Assembly: GCA_963749705.1 (NCBI GenBank)
Contig: CAVVNQ010000015.1
Location: 320,001-384,000, forward strand
Origin: an uncultured Chloroflexia bacterium
GTDB lineage: Bacteria > Chloroflexota > Limnocylindria > Limnocylindrales > CSP1-4
Length of the DNA stretch: 64,000 nt
Reading direction: 5' to 3'
The position numbers and the translations under genes are program-made. Below the pieces are notes generated by a model that worked only from the letters and a program-made list of their open reading frames with translations, was not told where the DNA came from and made no database searches. Below, piece by piece: positions 27,678 through 35,259 of this stretch; position 1 is the stretch's first letter, and each line of letters starts with the position of its first letter.

Positions 27678-27733
27678 GGCAATGAGACGGCAACGAGACG
27701 GCAATTGGCAGGGCTCGACCGTCGGGCGACAAT
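27678..27733 (+). promoter_or_regulatory. Three 11-bp-period direct repeats followed by a putative promoter
   Basis: GGCAA at 27678, 27689 and 27700 (GGCAAYGAGAC unit); -10-like GACAAT at 27728. Confidence 0.45.
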
Positions 27734-27781
27734 GGGGGAGTACCGATTGACCTTTGCAGGTGAAAGCAAGGAGGCGCTCGA

Positions 27782-28207
27782 ATGACTGACGAGCAGGATT
27801 CGGGGACCACACCGCCCGAGGATGCGGGAGCCCTGTTGGATGAGCCGATCCCCGATGCCGGCGGGGATGCCGGGAGCGATGGCGCGACGACCGGGGCGCG
27901 AGCGCGGGAATGGCTGACCCAGCTCGAGACGATGATCCAGGACGTCGCGACCCAGGCCGCGCCCGTCGCGCGCCAGATCGGCGCCAAGGCGGCGGAGCTG
28001 ACGGCCGTCGCGGCGACCAAGGCCGGACCGCTCGCGCACCGTGCCGCGGAGGTCACCACGGACGTCGGGCAGCGGGTGGCGGGCCGCGCGCAGTCCGTCG
28101 CCGCGGACCTGCGCAGCGACGCCGCGTCGCCGGACGGAGACGGCGCCCCTGACGCGGCGGCGGCCGATCCGGCGTCGGAGGAGCCCCCGCAGGCACCCTC
28201 CGCCTGA
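27782..28207 (+). CDS. Hypothetical protein, amphipathic helical core
   Basis: AAGGAGG RBS, GC3-biased codons, acidic disordered termini. Confidence 0.8.
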   Translation: MTDEQDSGTTPPEDAGALLDEPIPDAGGDAGSDGATTGARAREWLTQLETMIQDVATQAAPVARQIGAKAAELTAVAATKAGPLAHRAAEVTTDVGQRVAGRAQSVAADLRSDAASPDGDGAPDAAAADPASEEPPQAPSA

Positions 28208-28274
28208 TCCCGGATGCACATCGGCCGTCCGGTTCCGCGAGGGACCGGGCGGCCGTTCCGTATACTCTGCCGCC

Positions 28275-28793
28275 ATGAGCGTTCGACCCATCGTCCTCCT
28301 CGGCGATCCTCGCCTCCGGCTGCGCGGCGAGACCGTCGACAGCTTCGGCAAGTACCTGCACGAGCTGCTCGACGACCTGGCCGCCACGATGCGCGCCGCA
28401 CCGGGCGTCGGGCTCGCGGCGCCGCAGCTCGGGGAGCCGGTCCGGGCGTGCGTGATCGAGGTCGAGAGCAGGCTCCACGAGCTCGTCAACCCCAGGATCG
28501 TGCGCAGCGACGGTGACGACCGCGACCTCGAAGGCTGCCTGTCGATCCCGGGCTACGTGGCGTACGTCACGCGGCGCGAGAAGGTCTGGGTCGTGGCCCA
28601 GAACCGCCTCGGCCGGAAGATCAAGGTCTCGGGCTCCGGCCTCCTCGGCCGCGCGCTCCAGCATGAGCTGGATCACCTCGACGGCAAGCTGTACATCGAC
28701 TACCTCGAGTCGATGGACGAGCTGATCGCCGTTGGCCAGGGAGACGAGGACGAGGACTCGGAGATCCGCGAGGCCACGAGCGCGCTCGCGTGA
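28275..28793 (+). CDS. def: Peptide deformylase
   Basis: GVGLAAPQ, EGCLS, QHELDHLDG. Confidence 0.96.
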   Translation: MSVRPIVLLGDPRLRLRGETVDSFGKYLHELLDDLAATMRAAPGVGLAAPQLGEPVRACVIEVESRLHELVNPRIVRSDGDDRDLEGCLSIPGYVAYVTRREKVWVVAQNRLGRKIKVSGSGLLGRALQHELDHLDGKLYIDYLESMDELIAVGQGDEDEDSEIREATSALA

Positions 28794-29726
28794 CCGGCCG
28801 GCCGGCCGGCGAGGCACGCGCCCGGACGGTCTTCCTCGGCACCGGCGAGTTCGCCGTCCCGACCCTGCGCCGGCTCCAGGCGCACCCGGCCGTCGCGCTC
28901 GTCGGCGTCGTCACCGCCCCGGCGCGGCCCGCAGGCCGGCGCCAGCAGCCGGAGCCGTCGCCGGTCCTGCGCGCGGCAGCCGGCCCGGTCCTGGCTCCCG
29001 AGCGACTCCGCGACGCGGACGCCGTTGCGGCCATCCTCGAGCTCGAGCCGGCGCTCGTCGTCCTCGCCGATTACGGCCAGATCGTGCCGGCGAGCGCTGC
29101 TCGACCTGCCGCACGGCGCGCTCAACCTCCACCCGTCGCTGCTGCCGCGGCACCGCGGCGCATCGCCGATCCCGGCCACGATCCTCGCCGGCGACCGGGC
29201 GACCGGGGTGACGCTGATGCGGATGGACCGCGGCCTCGACACCGGGCCCATCGTGGCCGTGGAGCGGATCCCGCTCGATGGTACGGAGACGGCGCCCGCG
29301 CTCGAGCGGCGGCTGGCAGAGCTCGCCGCCGACCTGCTCGACCGGTCGCTCGGGCCGTGGCTGCGCGGGGAGCTGCCCGCGACCCCCCAGCCGGACGCGG
29401 GTGCAACCCTCACCCGGCCGCTGCGAAGGGAGGACGGACGCCTCGATCCGTCGCGCCCGGCGGCGGAGCTGGAACGCTCCGTCCGGGCGTATGCGCCCTG
29501 GCCCGGGACGTTCCTCGACGCGGGTGGGGAGCGGCTCGCGGTGGGTCGCGCCTCCGTCGCGCCGTCGGCGCCGGGCGACGAGCCGGGGCATCTCGTGCGG
29601 CACGACGCGCGACCCGCGCTGACCACGAGCGACGGCCGCCTCGTGCTGGACCTGGTGACCCCGCCCGGACGGCGGGCGATGCCCTCGGCCGACTGGCTGC
29701 GCGGCCGCCGCGCGCCGCTGCCCTGA
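28790..29726 (+). pseudogene. fmt: Methionyl-tRNA formyltransferase, split by a +1 frameshift near 29090 (possibly a sequencing error)
   Basis: VFLGTGEFA...VLADYGQIVP in one frame; LNLHPSLLPRHRGASPI, GLDTGP, RAYAPWPG in another. Span is 937 nt = 3n+1. Confidence 0.85.
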
Positions 29727-29769
29727 CCCGGCCGGCGGGAGCGGGCGGCACGCATGGCATGATTCCCCC

Positions 29770-31014
29770 GTGACCAGCGAACGACCGATCGTCATCCCGT
29801 TCATGGGCCTCCGTCCCGCCCCGTCCGCCACGACGCCCCGTGACCAGCGCCCGGGGATCGGCGGCGTGACCTCGGAGGAGCTCGTGTCGTGGCTGGGCGC
29901 GCGAGACGAGCCCGCGTACCGGGCCCGCCAGGTGCTCGATGCCGCGTGGCGCACCCGCGCGACCGGGTTCGACGAGGTGCTCACGCTGCCGGCGCCACTC
30001 CGCACGGCGCTCGATGGCTCGTTCCGCTTCGACACGGTGGTCGAGACCGAGGTTCGCGAGACGGATGGCGGGCTGACCGAGAAGGCCCTCCACCGGCTGT
30101 CCGACGGGCTGCTCGTCGAGTCGGTCCTGATGCACTTCCCCGCGCGCGGTGCCAGCCGTGAGCGTCACACCCTGTGCGTGTCGTCGCAGGCGGGGTGCGC
30201 CGTCGGCTGCCCGTTCTGCGCGACCGGCGAGCTGGGCATGGAGCGCGACCTCGAGACCGCGGAGATCGTCGACCAGGTCCGGCACGCGGCACGCCGGCTC
30301 GCGGCCGACGGCCGCCACCTCACCAACATCGTGTTCATGGGCATGGGCGAGCCCCTGCTCAACCTGGACCGTGTGCTGGAGGCCATCGCCGCGCTCAACG
30401 ACCCGGAACGGTTCGGCCTCGGGGCGCGCCACATCACCGTGTCGACCTCGGGCGTGGTGCCCGGGATCCGGCGGCTGACCGAGCTGGGACCCCAGTTCAC
30501 GCTCGCGATCAGCATCCACGCCGCGCGGAACTCGCTGCGCGACGTGCTCGTGCCGCTCAACCGGCGATGGCCCGTCGAGGAGGTGGTGGCCGCGGCGCGA
30601 TCGCACGCCGACGCGACCGGGCGCCGGGTGACCTACGAGGTCACGATGATCGACGGGATCAACGACACGGACGCCGACGCCGACGCCCTCGCGGAGCTCC
30701 TGCGCGGCGATCTCGCGCACGTCAACCTGATCCCGATGAACGCCGTTGCCCATACCCCCTGGACCGGCTCCCCGTTGCCCAGGGTCGAGCGGTTCGCCGA
30801 ACGCCTCCGGGTGGCGGGGATCGCGACCACGATCCGGTTCAACCGGGGCACCGAGATCGGCGCGGCCTGCGGCCAGCTCGCCGCGGAGCACGCCGGCCAG
30901 CCGACGCCGATGGTCGTCCGCCGGCGACGTGAGCGGCTGGTCACCGAGAGCGCCGCGGCGCTGCGCGGCGAGCGAAGCCACGAGCCCGTGCCGGCCGGGA
31001 CGGGGGAGGCCTGA
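29770..31014 (+). CDS. rlmN: 23S rRNA/tRNA A-C2 methyltransferase RlmN
   Basis: CVSSQAGCAVGCPFCATG, VFMGMGEP, VNLIP, AACGQL. Confidence 0.96.
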   Translation: MTSERPIVIPFMGLRPAPSATTPRDQRPGIGGVTSEELVSWLGARDEPAYRARQVLDAAWRTRATGFDEVLTLPAPLRTALDGSFRFDTVVETEVRETDGGLTEKALHRLSDGLLVESVLMHFPARGASRERHTLCVSSQAGCAVGCPFCATGELGMERDLETAEIVDQVRHAARRLAADGRHLTNIVFMGMGEPLLNLDRVLEAIAALNDPERFGLGARHITVSTSGVVPGIRRLTELGPQFTLAISIHAARNSLRDVLVPLNRRWPVEEVVAAARSHADATGRRVTYEVTMIDGINDTDADADALAELLRGDLAHVNLIPMNAVAHTPWTGSPLPRVERFAERLRVAGIATTIRFNRGTEIGAACGQLAAEHAGQPTPMVVRRRRERLVTESAAALRGERSHEPVPAGTGEA

Positions 31015-31718
31015 TGCCCGGCGACCGGCGGCCCGCGAGCGTGCTGATCGCGGCGAGCATCCTTGACAGCGACCTGGGGGCGCTGGGCGACGAGATCCGT
31101 CGGGCAGAGGCGGCCGGGGCGGACCGGATCCACCTCGACGTGATGGACGGACACTTCGTGCCCAACATCACGTTCGGATGGAAGACGATCGAGGCGGTTC
31201 GCCGCGCGACCGACCTGCCGTTCGATGCGCACCTCATGATCGCCGAGCCAGGCCGCTGGACGGAGCAGTTCCTCGATGCCGGCTGCGACTCGATCACGTT
31301 CCACGTCGAGGTCGAGGCGCCCCAGATCCGGCCCGCGCTCGAGCGGATCCGCTCGGCCGGCCGCTCGGCCGGGCTGTCGGTCAAGCCGGCGACGCCGCTC
31401 GATGCGCTCGACGAGTACCGGGAGCTGCTGGACATCGTGCTGGTCATGACCGTCGAGCCCGGCTTTGGCGGACAGGCGTTCATGACCGAGGTCGCCCAGG
31501 CGAAGCTCGGGCCCGCGCGCGCCTGGCTCGATCCCGACGGAGCGTGCGAGGTCCAGGTGGACGGCGGCGGGCGCGACGATACGGCGGAGGTGATCGGACG
31601 CGGGGGGACCGATGTCATCGTGGCCGGATCGGCGCTGTACCGGGCCGCCGACATGACCCTCGAGGTCGAGCGGATCCGATCGATCGCGACGGCGGCCCGC
31701 GCCGGCGCGCTCACCTAG
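31014..31718 (+). CDS. rpe: Ribulose-phosphate 3-epimerase
   Basis: HLDVMDGHFVPNITFG, DAHLMI, MTVEPGFGGQ, VDGG. Confidence 0.96.
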   Translation: MPGDRRPASVLIAASILDSDLGALGDEIRRAEAAGADRIHLDVMDGHFVPNITFGWKTIEAVRRATDLPFDAHLMIAEPGRWTEQFLDAGCDSITFHVEVEAPQIRPALERIRSAGRSAGLSVKPATPLDALDEYRELLDIVLVMTVEPGFGGQAFMTEVAQAKLGPARAWLDPDGACEVQVDGGGRDDTAEVIGRGGTDVIVAGSALYRAADMTLEVERIRSIATAARAGALT

Positions 31719-31732
31719 GCCGCCGCGTCCCG

Positions 31733-32179
31733 ATGCGCGCCCTGCTCCAGCGGGTGACCCGCGCCGAGGTGCGCGTGGACGGGGCAGTGGTCGGCTCGAT
31801 CGGCCCCGGCCTGCTGGTGCTGCTGGGCGTCGGACATGCCGACGACGCCGCCACCGCCGATGGCCTCGCGCGCCGGATCTGCGAGCTGCGCATGTTCCAG
31901 GACGCCGACGGCAGGACCAACCGATCGCTGCTCGATGTCGGGGGCGAGGCGCTCGTGGTCAGCCAGTTCACGCTGTACGCGGACACGCGTCGCGGCCGTC
32001 GCCCGGGGTTCACGGATGCCGCGCCGCCGGACGCCGCCCGCGAGCTGTGGCGCCGCCTTGCCGCGGCGATCGAGGGTCAGGGTGTCCGGGTCGCGCTGGG
32101 CGAGTTCGGCGCGAGCATGGCCGTGGAGCTGGTGAACGACGGGCCGTTCACGATCTGGCTCGACACCGCCGACCGCTAG
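31733..32179 (+). CDS. dtd: D-aminoacyl-tRNA deacylase
   Basis: MRALLQRV, SQFTL, NDGPFT. Confidence 0.96.
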   Translation: MRALLQRVTRAEVRVDGAVVGSIGPGLLVLLGVGHADDAATADGLARRICELRMFQDADGRTNRSLLDVGGEALVVSQFTLYADTRRGRRPGFTDAAPPDAARELWRRLAAAIEGQGVRVALGEFGASMAVELVNDGPFTIWLDTADR

Positions 32180-32528
32180 GCCGATCGCGCGTCCGTCACG
32201 CCGCCCTGCGCCGGCATCGGGCAGTCGCCGTTCGGCGGCTGATTGCCACGTACCGATGTGGTGCGTCGTATCGCATGCCGGGTCCATGCCAGTCGGCCAC
32301 TGAACGATGGGGCGCGTCCAGACTCTCGTGGCACGGCTGGAGCATGGCCATGGAACGCCCAGGTGCGTCTTTGGCCAACTCGACTTGGTCAAGCACGCAC
32401 GACACCGTTAGGTGGCCAGGTCACCTGGCCCCGAACCCCCTCAACGAGCACGACCGGCAGATCAGGCGGTCGTGCTCGGTCGCCCTCGTCGGCGGAGTGC
32501 GTCATTTGCACGCACACCATCGTTGGGT

Positions 32529-32575
32529 GGCCAGGTTGAGGCGGGCCAGGTTGAGGCGGGCCAGGTTGAGGCGGG
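32529..32575. repeat. Perfect 15-bp tandem repeat x3
   Basis: GGCCAGGTTGAGGCG at 32529, 32544 and 32559. Confidence 0.9.
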
Positions 32576-32718
32576 ACGGTGGCGAAGGCGACGGCCGACC
32601 GCTGGCCGATCGCGCGCCGGGACATGAACAAGCCGGTCGCTGCATCGCGACCGGCTCACGGTTCTGTCGAGCGGCCCTGCCGCCCCGGGCAAGCCCGGCG
32701 ACGGGGCGCCTGGCTGGG

Positions 32719-32916
32719 CTAGCGGGCGGCCTTCGTCATGGTCCGGCGGCAGCGGGTGCACGCCCGGACCTTGGTCGGCGTTCCGTTCTTGACCACCAGG
32801 GTGGCCTGGAGATTTGGCTGGTTGCGGGTGTGGGCGCGAACGCGGTTCATCCCCGACGACTGCGGGTTGAAGCCGCCCATCGACACCTTGCCGCAGATGG
32901 CGCAGCTGCGAGCCAT
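32719..32916 (-). CDS. rpmB: 50S ribosomal protein L28 (divergent)
   Basis: MARSCAICGK...PNLQ...CTRCRRT; divergent from asp23-fakA as in many monoderms. Confidence 0.9.
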   Translation of the reverse strand: MARSCAICGKVSMGGFNPQSSGMNRVRAHTRNQPNLQATLVVKNGTPTKVRACTRCRRTMTKAAR

Positions 32917-32983
32917 GGTCTGGTTGGAACCTCGGAAATGGCGGAGGACAGGCACGTGCACGGTGGGTCCGGCGCGAGCGGGG

Positions 32984-32996
32984 TGGTATCGTAGCA
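32984..32996. promoter_or_regulatory. Bidirectional extended -10 element
   Basis: TGG-TATCGT on the + strand overlaps TGC-TACGAT on the - strand. Confidence 0.55.
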
Positions 32997-33076
32997 CACG
33001 GCTTCCGGCCCACCGCCGGGGCGCCGCCGCGGCCCGCCCGGGCCGGACCCGCGCCCGCGAGGAGGACGTCGCCCGC

Positions 33077-33502
33077 GTGACCGCCGATCCGATCCCCGGT
33101 CGCTCGCTCGTCACCCGGCGTGCGGTGCGCGACCTCGTCCGCGATGCCACGCTGTCGGTGTACGGCGTGTCCGGGTTCGCCGGTGGCGGCATCGTCGGCC
33201 GCCTGCTGGAGCGGCTCGGCGTCGCACACCCCGGCCTCCACCTCGATGTCGATCACGGCGTGACCGTCGACCTCAACCTCGCGGTGGCATTCGGGCTGCC
33301 GATCGCTGAGGTCGCGCGCCAGGTCGATTCGTCGGTGCGGTACGCGCTCGGCCACGCGCTCGGCATCGAGCCCGCCCGCGTCACCATCCGGATCGGGCGG
33401 CTGCGCCATGAGCACGGGATCGCACCCGACGGCCGCGACGACCCGCCGAACGGGGATCCACGCGCGACGGACCTTGCGAACAGCGGGTCGGACGTCGCCT
33501 GA
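33077..33502 (+). CDS. Asp23/Gls24 family protein (YloU-like)
   Basis: DATLSVYGV, VDLNLAVAFGLPIAEVARQV...VRYAL; upstream of the DAK2 gene; GGAGG RBS. Confidence 0.85.
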   Translation: MTADPIPGRSLVTRRAVRDLVRDATLSVYGVSGFAGGGIVGRLLERLGVAHPGLHLDVDHGVTVDLNLAVAFGLPIAEVARQVDSSVRYALGHALGIEPARVTIRIGRLRHEHGIAPDGRDDPPNGDPRATDLANSGSDVA

Positions 33503-35259
33503 TGCCCCGCCGATCCTGCGACGGAGCCGGCTTCCTGGCCGCGTTCCGGAGCGCCGTCGCGAGCCTCGAGGCCAACGTCGACGAGATCAACTCGCTCAAC
33601 GTGTTCCCGGTTCCGGACGGCGACACGGGAACGAACATGCTGGCCACCGTCCGCGCCGCGCTCGACGAGGCGGACAAGGTCGGACCCGGTGCGGACGCGG
33701 AGCGCGTCGCCCAGGCGGCCAGCTTCGGCGCCCTGATGGGTGCCCGCGGCAACTCGGGGGTGATCAGCAGCCAGATCCTGGCCGGGATGGCCCACGGTCT
33801 CGCGGGCAAGCGGCGGTTCAACGGCCTCGACCTCGCGCACGCCCTCGACATCGGGACCAAGACCGCGTACCGGGCCGTCGCCAAGCCCGTCGAGGGCACG
33901 ATCCTCACCGTGATCCGGGAGGCGTCCGCCGCCGCCGTCGCCGCGGCAGAACGCGACAACAACGTGGAGACCGTGCTCGCCGCCACGGTCGAGGCCGCGG
34001 AGCGCGCCGTGGCGAAGACGCCCTCGCTGCTGCCCATCCTGCGCGAGGCCCACGTGGTCGATTCCGGCGGGCAGGGCCTGTTCCGCCTGTTCCAGGGCGC
34101 ACTGGAGGCGGCACGTGGCAGGCCGCTCGGTGGCGAACGGGACCTGGCGGCTCGCCCGCGGCCCGCGACACCGGCCGAGGTTGCGGCCGCGGAGGGGGCG
34201 TTCGGCTATGAGACCGTGTACCTGCTCCAGGCGCGCGCCGGCCAGCCGCTCGACGTCGCTGCGATCCAGGCGCACCTGGAGTCGATCGGCGACTCCGTGC
34301 TGGTCGCGGGGGACGCACACCTGGTCAAGGTCCACGTCCACAACGATCGCCCCGACGCGGTCGTCGCATACGGGTTGACGGCGGGGATGCTGTCCCGGAT
34401 CACGATCGAGAACCTCGACAGCCAGGCGCACGACGTGCGCGAGGCCAGGGCGGCGGCGTTCGTCGCCGAGGCCGGCGCCGCCGAGGCCGGCGCCGTCGGG
34501 ACCGGCGAGGGGCGCGAGATCTCGGTCGCGGTCGCGGACTCGCTGGAGGCGCCCGATACCGACCGCCATGCCGCCACGGCGCTGCCACTGGGCGTGGTCG
34601 CGGTGGCGCCGTCGGACGGACTCGGGGCCGTGCTCACCGACATGGCGGCCCCGTTCCGCGAGTACGGGGCGTTCCGGATCGTGCGCGGCGGCCAGTCGGC
34701 AAACCCGTCGACCGGCGAGCTGCTCGAGGCGGTCGAGGCGACCCAGGCGGACGAGCTGCTGATCCTGCCCAACAACCCCAACGTGGTCCTCGCCGCCCGG
34801 CAGGTCGCGGCCATGACCCGGCGGCCGGTGCACGTGGTGCCCACGCGAAATGCCGCCGAGGGGATCGCAGCGCTGATGGAGCTCGACCCGCAGCGATCGG
34901 CCGAGGACAACGCGGCCTCGATGGGTGCGGCGAGCCGACAGATCCAGACGATGCAGGTGACCGAGGCGGTCCGGGACGCGACCGTCTCGGGCCGCAAGGT
35001 CCGCAAAGGGCACGTGATCGTGCTCGACCCGGACGACGGGCTGCTCGCCACCGACACCGACAGCCAGCGGGCGGTGCTGGCCGGCCTCGCCCGGTTCGAG
35101 CCCGGGTTCGGGCTGCTGACGATCTACTACGGCGAGGACGCGACGCTGGACGAGACGGAGACGCTGGCCCTCAAGGTGCGGGAGGTCGCGTCCGGCGTCG
35201 ATGTGGAGGTCGTCCACGGAGGCCAGCCGCACTACCGGTACCTGATCTCGGCCGAGTGA
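33502..35259 (+). CDS. DAK2-domain fatty acid kinase subunit (FakA/YloV)
   Basis: INSLNVFPVPDGDTGTNM, GARGNSG, VDSGG, KVHVH, GGQSANPS, GGQPHY. Confidence 0.94.
   Translation: MPRRSCDGAGFLAAFRSAVASLEANVDEINSLNVFPVPDGDTGTNMLATVRAALDEADKVGPGADAERVAQAASFGALMGARGNSGVISSQILAGMAHGLAGKRRFNGLDLAHALDIGTKTAYRAVAKPVEGTILTVIREASAAAVAAAERDNNVETVLAATVEAAERAVAKTPSLLPILREAHVVDSGGQGLFRLFQGALEAARGRPLGGERDLAARPRPATPAEVAAAEGAFGYETVYLLQARAGQPLDVAAIQAHLESIGDSVLVAGDAHLVKVHVHNDRPDAVVAYGLTAGMLSRITIENLDSQAHDVREARAAAFVAEAGAAEAGAVGTGEGREISVAVADSLEAPDTDRHAATALPLGVVAVAPSDGLGAVLTDMAAPFREYGAFRIVRGGQSANPSTGELLEAVEATQADELLILPNNPNVVLAARQVAAMTRRPVHVVPTRNAAEGIAALMELDPQRSAEDNAASMGAASRQIQTMQVTEAVRDATVSGRKVRKGHVIVLDPDDGLLATDTDSQRAVLAGLARFEPGFGLLTIYYGEDATLDETETLALKVREVASGVDVEVVHGGQPHYRYLISAE

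Noticed and set aside
29081-29110. Programmed ribosomal frameshift in fmt
   Set aside because: No slippery heptamer or obvious stimulatory structure; a simple indel is more parsimonious.
32245-32575. CRISPR array
   Set aside because: Repeats are few and highly degenerate, with no cas genes or leader; kept only as an unexplained repeat.
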